A DNA stretch of 64,000 nucleotides. Source: Steroidobacteraceae bacterium. GTDB lineage: Bacteria; Pseudomonadota; Gammaproteobacteria; Steroidobacterales; Steroidobacteraceae. The first letter of the stretch is position 1. Every line of letters starts with the position of its first letter. The notes beneath the pieces are model-generated. The model ran no database searches, was not told the origin of the DNA, and saw only the letters and a list, made by a program, of their open reading frames with translations. The position numbers and the translations under genes are program-made. Positions 36,763 through 45,905 of this stretch are shown piece after piece. The stretch lies in assembly GCA_049517075.1 (NCBI GenBank), contig JBEKSM010000032.1:2169-66168 (forward strand). The letters run 5' to 3'.

Positions 36763-39195
36763 TCAGCCGTCGTGCTCATCCGCGCAACAATCATCGGCAG
36801 CCCCGTCGCAAGCACCGCAAGGACCTTTGCAGCGGCAGGCATCGCATCCCTTGCCGCCGCATTGGTCGCAGTCGCGCTTGCAGCGGCACTCATCCCAAAT
36901 CGTGTAGGCCATCACGTCAAGAGTCTTGACCGGCGTCGTCGGATCGTCGCTCGTGATCACGAGTTCGCTGGCGATCGGACACTTCTCGGTAGCCTTGTAG
37001 CGAATCACGACGCCGAGGCATGCGCCGGGCGGCAGTGTGACCGGGAACGGATTGTTGATGAGCTTCCAGTGTGGGCTCTTGCGTTTGAACGCGACGCTGC
37101 TCACGAACAGCGAGCACTGGCCCATGTTGCAAATGGAAATCGTGCGTTCGGCGCGGCAGCAGGCCTTCACGCCGCCAAAGCATAGTGATCCGGTGACGAC
37201 CAGCCGGCCCGCCGGCGCGTCGCCGCTGACGTTCACTTTGTGTGGGCTGCCGGGGTCGCTGCTCGTCACCGTGATCGTGCCGGCCACCGGTCCTATCGCC
37301 GTCGGCGCGAAGCGGATCGGCAAATCGAGCGAGTCCCCGGAACCAATCAGCAGCGGGAAGAAGTGCACTTGCGGGACCAGGAATGCGGTGGACGAGGATG
37401 AGATCGCGGACACCGTCACCGGACAATGTCCGCTGTTGTTGAGCACCAGCGGCTCATCGGCCGTGTGGCCGACACAGACCTTGCCGAAATTGCCGCTATC
37501 CGCGATCGCGAGACTGAGGCGGGGCGCCGGCGCATCGCCGGAGACCCTGACCACGTGCGGCGAGGCCGGGTCGTTGCTGAAGATCGTAATGGTCCCGGCT
37601 TTCGGACCTAAGCTCAAGGGTGCGAATCGAATCGGGATCTCGATCGCGTCGCCCTCGCCGAGCTTGATCGGGAAGGACAGCACGCTCGGCGCCTCGAAGT
37701 CGGCAGGTGCGGTAACGATCGAGGTGATCAGCAGCGGGCCATTGCCGCCGTTATCGATCGTCAGTTCCTCATCGACGAAGGAGCCGAGGCAAACACGGCC
37801 GAAATTACCCGCATCGGCAATCGCGGTAACGACTCGACCCACGGCCGGCACCACCTTGAATACAAACGGGTCGATCGATACCGGTACCGGATTGTTGCTG
37901 AGGTCGAGCAGCGTCTTGGTCGTGAAGTTGGCGTTGCGCTGGTAGATCACGCCGTTCGGAAAGTTGGCGTGATCGGGGGTGTTGTTGGCCGTGAAGATCC
38001 CGTAGAACGTCGTATCTACCGCCATCATCGAAAGATAGTCGCCGAGATACGGTGAGCCTGAAGCCGGCGGTGTCGCGGCAGGCGTATTGGCGAGTATGTG
38101 GGTCGTGATCGAGGCGAAGTCGCTGTGCGTAAACTCGAGCGTCGTCTGCCATTTTTGATTCGGCGCGCTGCCGGTGACCTGCTGATAGAGAAGCCCGACG
38201 CGGCCATGGCTGTTGATCGCGAGCGCCGGATTGGTCGCATTCGTGATGCTACGAATCGCGGGCAGCCACGTTGCGCCCGAGTTGATCGATTTGCGCACAT
38301 AGAGCGTGTAAATACCGGCCTGCAAATCACCGTAGCAAACATACACGATCGCGCTATTGTTCGGATCGACCGCGATCGCAAGATCGCTGCCGATGCGCTG
38401 CTGTCCGAGTGACAGGGAGTTGAACGGATTGGTCACGCCCTGTGCAATGCGGATGCCCTGCTTGCCGTCGCTGTCGATCAGCGCGAGAAACGGCGTGACA
38501 CCGCTCGCCCAATTGTCGTCGCGCACGATCACGACATCGCAAGCGGGACCGATCAACGCGTAATACAAGCCGTAAATCGTCCCGCTCGGATGGATCGCAG
38601 GCCGCGTGGGGTACCCGTCGCGGATCACCGTGCGCTGCTCGAGACGAACCGTGCTCGTGGCCGGCGCGACCGCGGCCGCATCGAGCGAGAGGTCGATCGT
38701 GGCCGGTATGTTGGCGGGCGCGTGATCATTGCTGCCGACATAGATGCGGTCTTTGCCCGCCGCCGTTCCGCTCGGGACCGTGGCGGCTTCCACGAACGGC
38801 TGGTCATCGTTTTGGCGCTGGGCCATCTGCTGCATCGTGACCGCGCCTGAGAAGTTGTTGGTCCTCAGGATGTCGAAATTGATCGTCGCGATATTATTGC
38901 CCGTGCCCGATAGCACGCCGCCGTACAACATTCCGCCTTTGGTCGCGAAGCGCAGCGTTTGATCCCGAATGGGCGTCGTGCCGATGAGGTCTTTGAGCGC
39001 CCAGGTGAGTCCCCCATCGTTCGAGTAAAACACCGGAGAATTGGGGCTGCCGATATTGGGACTCGGTGTAAAAGTGGTCGCCGCCATCTCCAGCGGATTG
39101 GCCGGATTGACCGCGAGGTTGGATTCGCTGTCCTGATTGAACTCACCGCTCGACAAATTCGGGATGATGTTGACAACCCTGATGATGTCAGTCAT
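36763..39195 (-). CDS. Asp-box (BNR) beta-propeller-like protein with three Ig-like (ASH / choice-of-anchor-D-like) repeats and a Cys-rich C-terminal tail
   Basis: Within ORF 36763..39777. I start at ATG 39195 (MTDIIRVVNIIPNL), 1 nt after the upstream gene stop, giving 810 aa. Asp-boxes are YSNDGGLTW and SINSGATW. Three ~100-aa repeats each begin ...GNFG(R/K)VC.G or an equivalent and end ...V(R/N)VSGDAP. The last 45 residues, IWDECRCKRDCDQCGGKGCDACRCKGPCGACDGAADDCCADEHDG, contain 11 Cys. No signal peptide is evident. Confidence 0.65.
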   Translation of the reverse strand: MTDIIRVVNIIPNLSSGEFNQDSESNLAVNPANPLEMAATTFTPSPNIGSPNSPVFYSNDGGLTWALKDLIGTTPIRDQTLRFATKGGMLYGGVLSGTGNNIATINFDILRTNNFSGAVTMQQMAQRQNDDQPFVEAATVPSGTAAGKDRIYVGSNDHAPANIPATIDLSLDAAAVAPATSTVRLEQRTVIRDGYPTRPAIHPSGTIYGLYYALIGPACDVVIVRDDNWASGVTPFLALIDSDGKQGIRIAQGVTNPFNSLSLGQQRIGSDLAIAVDPNNSAIVYVCYGDLQAGIYTLYVRKSINSGATWLPAIRSITNATNPALAINSHGRVGLLYQQVTGSAPNQKWQTTLEFTHSDFASITTHILANTPAATPPASGSPYLGDYLSMMAVDTTFYGIFTANNTPDHANFPNGVIYQRNANFTTKTLLDLSNNPVPVSIDPFVFKVVPAVGRVVTAIADAGNFGRVCLGSFVDEELTIDNGGNGPLLITSIVTAPADFEAPSVLSFPIKLGEGDAIEIPIRFAPLSLGPKAGTITIFSNDPASPHVVRVSGDAPAPRLSLAIADSGNFGKVCVGHTADEPLVLNNSGHCPVTVSAISSSSTAFLVPQVHFFPLLIGSGDSLDLPIRFAPTAIGPVAGTITVTSSDPGSPHKVNVSGDAPAGRLVVTGSLCFGGVKACCRAERTISICNMGQCSLFVSSVAFKRKSPHWKLINNPFPVTLPPGACLGVVIRYKATEKCPIASELVITSDDPTTPVKTLDVMAYTIWDECRCKRDCDQCGGKGCDACRCKGPCGACDGAADDCCADEHDG

Positions 39196-39196
39196 G

Positions 39197-39949
39197 TCAG
39201 CGCCCTCCCCGGTCACGCTCGACGAGACGCTCGATCTCGCCGCGCCGGTCGATCGGCAAAAAGTCGAGCGGGTCTGTCGCCTGATACGCGGATCGCGGCA
39301 CGTGTTTCGGAATCTCGTCCTCCTTGAGGTGGATGAGGAGCAAGATGCCGCTGGCGCCGTCGCGCAGCTTCGGCGAGCGGAACCATACGATGTCGTCGCT
39401 GCTCGCAAACAGCACCTCGATCTCGGCTTTCGGCTTGCGACCCTTGAGCACGGCGGTGACGGTGACGCGCGCGATCGACCAGGCGGGGTCGTGCTCGGAT
39501 CGAGGTGGGAAAGGCCGTTCGAGCGGCCGGCTATCGACGACCTCCGCCTCCACGATGAGATCGGCCGCCGCGACGCGCGCGCGCAGTGGAAGCTCGGCCA
39601 CTTCGCGTATCGTCTCCGCGACTTGCCGGGAGACTTCGTGGGAACTCTCGACATGGCCGATTTCCCGCAGCAGCAGCACCTCGCCGAGCGAGAGACATTC
39701 GGTGAACAGAATCGGATTACGCAATTGCCGCAGCGTCGCGGAATGTTTCGTGACGACCAGCGCTTCGCGCCCGGCAAGGCCGCGCAAGACCGGCGTGCTG
39801 CGAATCACTTCCTCGATTCGCGCCGCGACAACCTCGCCGGCGTCTTTCGGAAGCGGCGGAGATTCAAGCTTGCGTTCGCCGTGGATGCTGCCGCGGAAGA
39901 TAAACCCAGCCGCAGCGACGACACGCTTCAGTTCCTCGGTATCCATCAC
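39197..39949 (-). CDS. hypothetical protein (250 aa)
   Basis: ORF track. Balanced protein-like composition with no recognisable motif. The stop lies 1 nt before the propeller-protein start. Confidence 0.5.
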   Translation of the reverse strand: MMDTEELKRVVAAAGFIFRGSIHGERKLESPPLPKDAGEVVAARIEEVIRSTPVLRGLAGREALVVTKHSATLRQLRNPILFTECLSLGEVLLLREIGHVESSHEVSRQVAETIREVAELPLRARVAAADLIVEAEVVDSRPLERPFPPRSEHDPAWSIARVTVTAVLKGRKPKAEIEVLFASSDDIVWFRSPKLRDGASGILLLIHLKEDEIPKHVPRSAYQATDPLDFLPIDRRGEIERLVERDRGGR

Positions 39950-39967
39950 GCCACCCCGGATAGCAAG

Positions 39968-40249
39968 TCAAGGCTTGGTTTCAGACCCAGCGTTTGGTCG
40001 AACGGCCGTGCTCGGCACCAATAGCCGCGCGGCGACCGCCAGTGTGATCACGAGGCCGAGCGACGCTTCGCCGAGGTCGAGCAGCAGATACATCCAGCTT
40101 GCGTGATACTCGCCGCTGAGTACCGTAGCGGCGATCCCGCTCAACAGGACGCAAGCGGCGTTGATCACAGTGCGGTAGTAGCGCTTGGTTCTGAACCCGA
40201 ACACTGCGCCGAGGGAGGCTCCGAGAATAAACGGAATGAACTCTTCCAT
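39968..40249 (-). CDS. small membrane protein (about 93 aa, 3 hydrophobic segments)
   Basis: Within ORF 39968..40300, starting at MEEFIPFILGASLGAVFGF. Further helices INAACVLLSGIAATVL and ASLGLVITLAVAARLLV. 18 nt upstream of the next gene. Confidence 0.45.
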   Translation of the reverse strand: MEEFIPFILGASLGAVFGFRTKRYYRTVINAACVLLSGIAATVLSGEYHASWMYLLLDLGEASLGLVITLAVAARLLVPSTAVRPNAGSETKP

Positions 40250-40479
40250 GTTCACGCTCCTTTCGAGGCTTGAGTATATCCCCGCTGCTGAGGCGTGCAA
40301 CTTTTCCGAAGGCCGCGACGCAGCATGACTGTCGCTGGCACGATGAGCTGGACCGGGGCGGCAGCCAGCGCTGGAGCCTGCTCAGCTACGGGAGCTTCAG
40401 TCCAGCCAAACCGTTGGCTTTCCTGCATTCTAGTGCCCCTAGGGGCCAGGTCTGCATTGCAAAACCATCCGGATCATCC

Positions 40480-41805
40480 ATGAACAAGTCGCGCTTTGTG
40501 GGACTCGCGTTTCTTCTAACGCTGGCGACCACTGCGGAGCTCAGCGCACAGGCGCCTCAAGCCTCGAATGATGGACTCTACTTTCCGGAGGCCGTCGGTC
40601 AGACCGAAACCGATGAATACACGCGCTATGAACTACTGGCGCCCGAGACGGCCAGCTTCAAGATTTATTACGAGGTAGCCGCGACGACCGCGGGGGCGAG
40701 GTTCTTTTATAATCCAATCCGAAAAGGCAGCGCCGCCAGCGAGGAAGCCGTGTTTGATGCGATGCTCGGAACGCCGCTGCATTTCGAGGTCGTGAGCGGC
40801 GCGCAGGCGCGCAACGATCCGTTGATGCCGGATGCGGATCCGCAAACCAACTACATCAAAGTCACGCTGGCTCGGCCCGTTCCGCCGCAGGGCCAGGGTC
40901 GTGTGCGGGTCGTCAAAACCTACACGGATGCGAAAAGCTACTCCTTGGACGGGAAGACGCTGGTGTTCAATCGGCCGCTCGGCGTCAAGCGCAACAAAGT
41001 GGTTCTGCCGGCCGGGTATGAAGTCGTGGGCTTGACGGTGCCGTCGCAGATCCTCACGGAGAAAGACGGACGCATTGCGATCAGCTTTCTGCATGCGGGA
41101 GCGGGCGAAGCGCCGCTGATGCTGCGCGCAATCCCGGATGCACAGGTGGGAACGGCGGCACTCCCGACGGCGTTGACGGAGCAACGCAGCTGGGAGTCGC
41201 CGTTTGAGGGAGAGACCGAGCAGGACCGGCTCTCGGAGCGCGCCCATCAAGACCGGGACATCGTCTACTTCTTGCAGCAACCCGAAACGCACGCGTTCAG
41301 CCTGTATCACGACTACACCGAATCGCGCGTGGGTGTGAACGGCTATGCGAATGTGGTTCGCGAAGGCAGCGTCGCGAGCCACCCGTCGGCCAGCATTCTC
41401 GACACGGGGGAGCAATTGAAGGCCTTGGAGATGAGCGGCGCCGAAATGCTCGCATCAAAGATCAACGTGGGCGAAGCAGTGCCGCCAACGGCCCGCGTCG
41501 TAGTGATTCCGTTCGCCGCGCTCCGGACGGGCGAGACGCTACGGCTGCGCATTGCAGAGACGTACACAGCGCCGTTGAGCTACAAACTCGACAAAGAGGA
41601 ACTGGTGTTCGATCGCAGCCTCGGCAGGCCGCGAAATGCCGTGGTCTTGCCGTCCGGTTGGTATTGCACGTTCAGCGCGGTGCCGGCGACCGTGAGTCAG
41701 CTACCGGATGGACGCGTGCGCTTGGACTACTGGGATGATCGGCCGGAGGCGGTGGACGTGCTGATCAAGGCGAAGCGGCGCGTGGGCAGCGATGCGTTGC
41801 GGTAG
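40480..41805 (+). CDS. secreted protein with an internal domain duplication
   Basis: Within ORF 40270..41805, starting at MNKSRFVGLAFLLTLATTAELSAQA (signal). Two homologous halves: TYTDAKSYSLDGKTLVFNRPLGVKRNKVVLPAGYEVVGLTVPSQILTEKDGRIAISF and TYTAPLSYKLDKEELVFDRSLGRPRNAVVLPSGWYCTFSAVPATVSQLPDGRVRLDY. Confidence 0.6.
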   Translation: MNKSRFVGLAFLLTLATTAELSAQAPQASNDGLYFPEAVGQTETDEYTRYELLAPETASFKIYYEVAATTAGARFFYNPIRKGSAASEEAVFDAMLGTPLHFEVVSGAQARNDPLMPDADPQTNYIKVTLARPVPPQGQGRVRVVKTYTDAKSYSLDGKTLVFNRPLGVKRNKVVLPAGYEVVGLTVPSQILTEKDGRIAISFLHAGAGEAPLMLRAIPDAQVGTAALPTALTEQRSWESPFEGETEQDRLSERAHQDRDIVYFLQQPETHAFSLYHDYTESRVGVNGYANVVREGSVASHPSASILDTGEQLKALEMSGAEMLASKINVGEAVPPTARVVVIPFAALRTGETLRLRIAETYTAPLSYKLDKEELVFDRSLGRPRNAVVLPSGWYCTFSAVPATVSQLPDGRVRLDYWDDRPEAVDVLIKAKRRVGSDALR

Positions 41806-41815
41806 CGCGGATCTG

Positions 41816-44266
41816 ATGACGGTTAGGGACCTCTGTTTTGCACTGCTACTGGCCGTCCCAGCGATGGGCGTGTCACAACCGGCGCCCACGACCGACGCAC
41901 GCTTGCAAGCAAGCGTATCGAGCTCGGATATTGTGTTGGGGCAACCGAATGTTCTTCCGACCCAGGCGATGCCGCTAGGCAATGGCCGCCTCGGAATCGC
42001 GATTTGGGCCGCCGATGGAATGACTTTGCAGCTCAATCGAAGCGACACGCTGCCCGGTCGCTTGTCTCCGGGCCAGGTCGTCTTCCCGGGGCTAGCGCCA
42101 ATGATCGCCGATCGGAAATTCCACGGCCGTTTGTCGCTGTTCGACGGTGTGTGGCGCGCGGCCGGCGGCGGCATGAAGACCCAAGTCGTTGTGGATCGCG
42201 ACTCCGACCGGGTGATCGTCGATGTCTGCGGCGCGAATCCAATGCTCGAGCAATCGGTGATTCTTCAGTTGTGGTCACCCCGGTCTCCCGCCGCGATCGT
42301 CCATGGCCGGTCGGTACTGCTGGCCGAGCACTGGCGCGACGATCAGCTGCCGGGCGCTTCCGGGTGGGCGTTCGGGTCTTTGGCGGCGGTGCAGGTCATC
42401 GGTCGCACCGTGGCTGCACATAGGATTGACCGCAGACAGCTGGAAATTCGCTTCAAGCCGATGGCCGACGGCCACTACCGCGTGATCATTGCGGCACCGG
42501 CTTTCAGCGGCGCCGTTGATCCGTGGTCGGCTGCGGAACGGACCCTGACTTCGCCTGTCGATCTATTGGCGTCGCAGCATTGGTGGAATGCGTATTGGCG
42601 GCGCGCGGGCTTGATCAGCGCCTCGGCCCCGGATGGAAGCGCCCGGTATTTCGCATCGCTTCGGACGCTCTACCTATTCTATGCGGCGGCACTCAGCGCC
42701 GGATCGACTCCCGGATCCCAGGCCGGTGTCGCCGATTTGTTTTCCTCGGCCAAGGATTTGCACTTTTGGGATCCCGCGGCGTACTGGGAATGGAATTTGC
42801 GCATGCAGGTGGCCGCCAACTTGAGTGCGGGCTTGCCGGAACTCAACGAACCCTTCTTTGCGCTGTATCGAAATAATCAGGATCCGATCCGGCGCTGGAC
42901 GCAGGCCAAGATGGCGGGGCGCGCGGGCCTTTGCGTACCGGAGACGATGCGATTCAACGGTGTGGGCATCGAATATGAAAGCACTGCAATGCGGCCATTT
43001 GCGATCGTGACCCACGGCTGCGATCTGAATTGGACAGCGGAAGCCAACGCCCGCACGCTGACGACGGGCGGCGAAATCGGCTTGTGGGTTTGGGAAACCT
43101 ATCTCAAGACCGGCGATCGTGCGTTTCTGCGGGCGAACTATTCGTTGATGTCCGGAGCGGCCCGGTTTCTGTTGTCATACCAACACCTCGGCGACGACGG
43201 CCGCTTGCATACCTATCCGTCCAATGCGCATGAAACCCAGCATGACGTCCATGACCCGACGACCGACCTGTCCGCGATACGGGCGCTCTATCCCGCCACC
43301 ATTGAAGCCGCGCAAGAACTGTCGCTCGACGACGATTTGGTGGCGGAGCTCAGCGCAGCGCTCGCGAAGACGCCGGAGCTGCCGCTCGTGGCAGCCAAGG
43401 GCGTCGCCGATATCACCTTGCCGGCCTCGGCGCAGACGCCGGGCATGGTCATTGCCGCGAGTTACGATCCCGATGTGCCCTTTGTAAATGGCGAAAACAT
43501 TGGACTGGAAGCCGTCTGGCCGTATTCCTTGATCGACGCGAGCAATTCCTTGTTCCCGGTCGCGCAGCGATCCTACGCCTATCGACCATTTCGCTATCAG
43601 GCCTCCTGGAGTTCGGACCCCATCGACGCGGCTCGCTTAGGCTTCGGCGCAGAGCTATCCCACAGCCTCTATGAGTTGACGCAGCTCTACCAGATCTACC
43701 CCAATGGCATGGCGGACCTGGGTATCGGGGACGGCGAATTCTATATCGAGCAGATCGCGATCGTCGCGGACGCACTCGCGGAGGCTCTCGTGCAAGATTA
43801 CGGCGCACAGCTGCGTATCGCGCCCGCGATTCCTCCCGACTGGACGATGAGCGGGACCGTGGCCGTGCACGGTAACGCGCGCGTCACGGTCAAGGTGCAA
43901 AACGGCAAGCTCCTGCAATTTGAGTTGCAGGCGAATTCCGCGCACCAATTCACGATCGCGAATCCGTGGCCGGATCAGCCAGTCATTCAGACGCGCCTCG
44001 ATTCGCCAGACTCGCGATCGACGCGGGTAACGAAACTGATTTCCCTCGATGCGGAAGCCGGCGCGACCTATGTCTTCCGGCCATCGGGCCCCACCGATGC
44101 CGAAGACTCGGCGGCCATCGAGGACGCGGCCGCCGGCCCGCGATCCCTCGGCCGCGCCAGCATCGGACTCGGCGAGCCGTGCTGCGCGGCACCCGCCAAC
44201 TATGATGGCGACAAGGGAGTGAACTGGAAACCCGCAAGCGACGATCGCCGGTCAACGCGCGAGTAA
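41816..44266 (+). CDS. secreted glycoside hydrolase-like protein (GH95-like N-terminal and six-hairpin region)
   Basis: Within ORF 41792..44266, starting at MTVRDLCFALLLAVPAMG (signal). AMPLGNGRLGIAIWAADGMTLQLNRSDTL resembles the GH95 N-terminal motif (P.GNGrlG...lN..tlW). FWDPAAYWEWNLRMQVAANL resembles the catalytic-domain motif. Unverified. Confidence 0.5.
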   Translation: MTVRDLCFALLLAVPAMGVSQPAPTTDARLQASVSSSDIVLGQPNVLPTQAMPLGNGRLGIAIWAADGMTLQLNRSDTLPGRLSPGQVVFPGLAPMIADRKFHGRLSLFDGVWRAAGGGMKTQVVVDRDSDRVIVDVCGANPMLEQSVILQLWSPRSPAAIVHGRSVLLAEHWRDDQLPGASGWAFGSLAAVQVIGRTVAAHRIDRRQLEIRFKPMADGHYRVIIAAPAFSGAVDPWSAAERTLTSPVDLLASQHWWNAYWRRAGLISASAPDGSARYFASLRTLYLFYAAALSAGSTPGSQAGVADLFSSAKDLHFWDPAAYWEWNLRMQVAANLSAGLPELNEPFFALYRNNQDPIRRWTQAKMAGRAGLCVPETMRFNGVGIEYESTAMRPFAIVTHGCDLNWTAEANARTLTTGGEIGLWVWETYLKTGDRAFLRANYSLMSGAARFLLSYQHLGDDGRLHTYPSNAHETQHDVHDPTTDLSAIRALYPATIEAAQELSLDDDLVAELSAALAKTPELPLVAAKGVADITLPASAQTPGMVIAASYDPDVPFVNGENIGLEAVWPYSLIDASNSLFPVAQRSYAYRPFRYQASWSSDPIDAARLGFGAELSHSLYELTQLYQIYPNGMADLGIGDGEFYIEQIAIVADALAEALVQDYGAQLRIAPAIPPDWTMSGTVAVHGNARVTVKVQNGKLLQFELQANSAHQFTIANPWPDQPVIQTRLDSPDSRSTRVTKLISLDAEAGATYVFRPSGPTDAEDSAAIEDAAAGPRSLGRASIGLGEPCCAAPANYDGDKGVNWKPASDDRRSTRE

Positions 44267-44478
44267 GCGCCGGCAGCGACGTGCACCTCTACTTTACGCC
44301 AGACGCGAGCGGCAGCAGTGCATGCAGCAGCCAAGGGAGTGTCGGATCCTTGTCCGACGAACTGCTTCTTCACGAAATGGTGCATGCCTTACGGGACATG
44401 CAAGTAAAAAAGGAATCCAATTCCAACGGAAGGCAATCTATCAGCCTTTCCGCAGAGGCCGCGGGCATGGCAAGACCG

Positions 44479-45396
44479 TCACACCATGACGGGTTGGGCG
44501 CCAGGGCCGGCGTGCGGATGCTTGTCCACGGGAGTGGTCAGCCCGATGTCCGCATCGAGCGCAACTTGGGGTCCGGCCGCCGATGCTCCAGCACTGAGGA
44601 CCGGGTAAAGCGCCAACTGCTCGACCGCGATCGCAAACGGGTTGGTCATGTTGAATATCGCCGGCATCCCAGGGATTCTCGGCATCGAGGGTGGGACGAA
44701 CATGCGTTTGGGAAAACTCGCATCCGCAACCTGGTTGCTGATCGCCACCCGTTTGCCGTCGATGTACCAAGCATGTGACGGAAAGATCGATCCATGCCCA
44801 TAGAGCTTGAGCTTTCCGGAATTCCAACTCAGCAAGGTTTCACACCAAACCCAGGGAACGTGATAGGGACAGCCCACGGTATTGACGCCGATCGAGTCGG
44901 TGTGCATGCCGGCACGAAACTTGATGATGCCATTGACGAGGACGATCTCGCCGGCCCCGAGCGCCGGCAACGTCGTGTTCGCGTGCCGCGACTGCGTGTA
45001 GACTTTCGACAGCAGGCTGGCTTCGCCCGCATACCACGCGAAGCTATACACGCTGCGGTCGAAGCTGAGCAGGGTCGACGGCCAGTTGCGCATCTTGAAC
45101 GGCGGCGTGAACCCGGGGTCGTGGAACGCGTCGATGACCTGAAACGCAGATATGCCGCTCGGTGATTCCTCGAATGCGATGCGGCAATACGTCATTGCCC
45201 GGAAGTTCTTACTTTTTTGGAAACCGGGCAGATCTGCAATATTGTCGCCCGGGTCGCCGTTTGCGGTCGCCACCAAGCCTAGGTAAGTCTTCGGAACCCA
45301 TTCCGGGTCGTACAAAGTCGCCTCGGCTGCGAGGCTGATCGGATTGGGTGTTTCATTGATCCAGCTCACCGAAGCCACCGTCAGTTCGCGACGCAT
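44479..45396 (-). CDS. hypothetical protein (305 aa), no signal peptide
   Basis: ORF track. Trp/Pro/Phe-rich globular-looking sequence with no recognisable family. Convergent with the GH95-like gene. Confidence 0.5.
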   Translation of the reverse strand: MRRELTVASVSWINETPNPISLAAEATLYDPEWVPKTYLGLVATANGDPGDNIADLPGFQKSKNFRAMTYCRIAFEESPSGISAFQVIDAFHDPGFTPPFKMRNWPSTLLSFDRSVYSFAWYAGEASLLSKVYTQSRHANTTLPALGAGEIVLVNGIIKFRAGMHTDSIGVNTVGCPYHVPWVWCETLLSWNSGKLKLYGHGSIFPSHAWYIDGKRVAISNQVADASFPKRMFVPPSMPRIPGMPAIFNMTNPFAIAVEQLALYPVLSAGASAAGPQVALDADIGLTTPVDKHPHAGPGAQPVMV

Positions 45397-45905
45397 ATTT
45401 TCCTTCCATGGCCTTGCAGCCTGACAACGATCGCTGTGAGATTTTCGGAGCCATTATCGTGGCTGTCGCTTAATCCTGTCCAATTGTTGCGCCATGCGCG
45501 TCCAAGTGATGGGTAGCAGAACTGCCTGACGAAGAATTACATTGCTGTATGGGCGAGGCGCACCGGTGTGCTCTGAGCCGGTCGGATTTAGGCTCTCGCA
45601 ATACATCCATCGCGATGCGCGCCATCACAGTCGATCAGCGCCGCTTCAAAACCCATGCCGACATGTTTCAGACTGGTAACCTGTTGATGAGTCGCAGTTT
45701 TATCGGCTGACCATCGGAAATAGTTGTCCCACATCACGGTCTCCGCGATCAATTGCGCCGGACGCTCGCGCGCCCACGGCCGCGCGTGCGCTTGCTACTA
45801 TCATCGCCATGATTGCCGCACGCGGGCCGACGATGAGCGAAGGCCGATCGACCGACGTGAGACGCGTCAAGGACTCGTCGATGCGCGGCGCGGCACGGTG
45901 AGCGA

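Noticed and set aside
39196-39777. 194-aa N-terminal extension of the propeller protein ORF (36763..39777)
   Set aside because: The extension is Arg/Ser/Cys-rich nonsense-like sequence. It completely overlaps the better 250-aa gene (39197..39949) in another frame. The ATG at 39195 gives a sensible N-terminus 1 nt after that gene's stop.
44281-44778. 165-aa plus-strand ORF whose first ~45 residues contain a zinc-metalloprotease-like motif (SDELLLHEMVHALRDMQ)
   Set aside because: Only a short HExxH-containing stretch looks protein-like. The rest overlaps the convergent 305-aa gene and is Arg/Gly-rich. There is no room upstream for the rest of a protease domain. It could be a remnant of a metallopeptidase or toxin gene or a chance HExxH, and I cannot tell which without a homology search.
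45397-45905. About 500-nt intergenic region upstream of the MMPL gene, examined for a TetR-type regulator or RNA element
   Set aside because: It contains only short ORF fragments (for example a ~48-codon minus-strand ORF, MWDNYFRWSADKTATHQQ...) without recognisable motifs or start/SD context. No convincing structure or repeat was seen.
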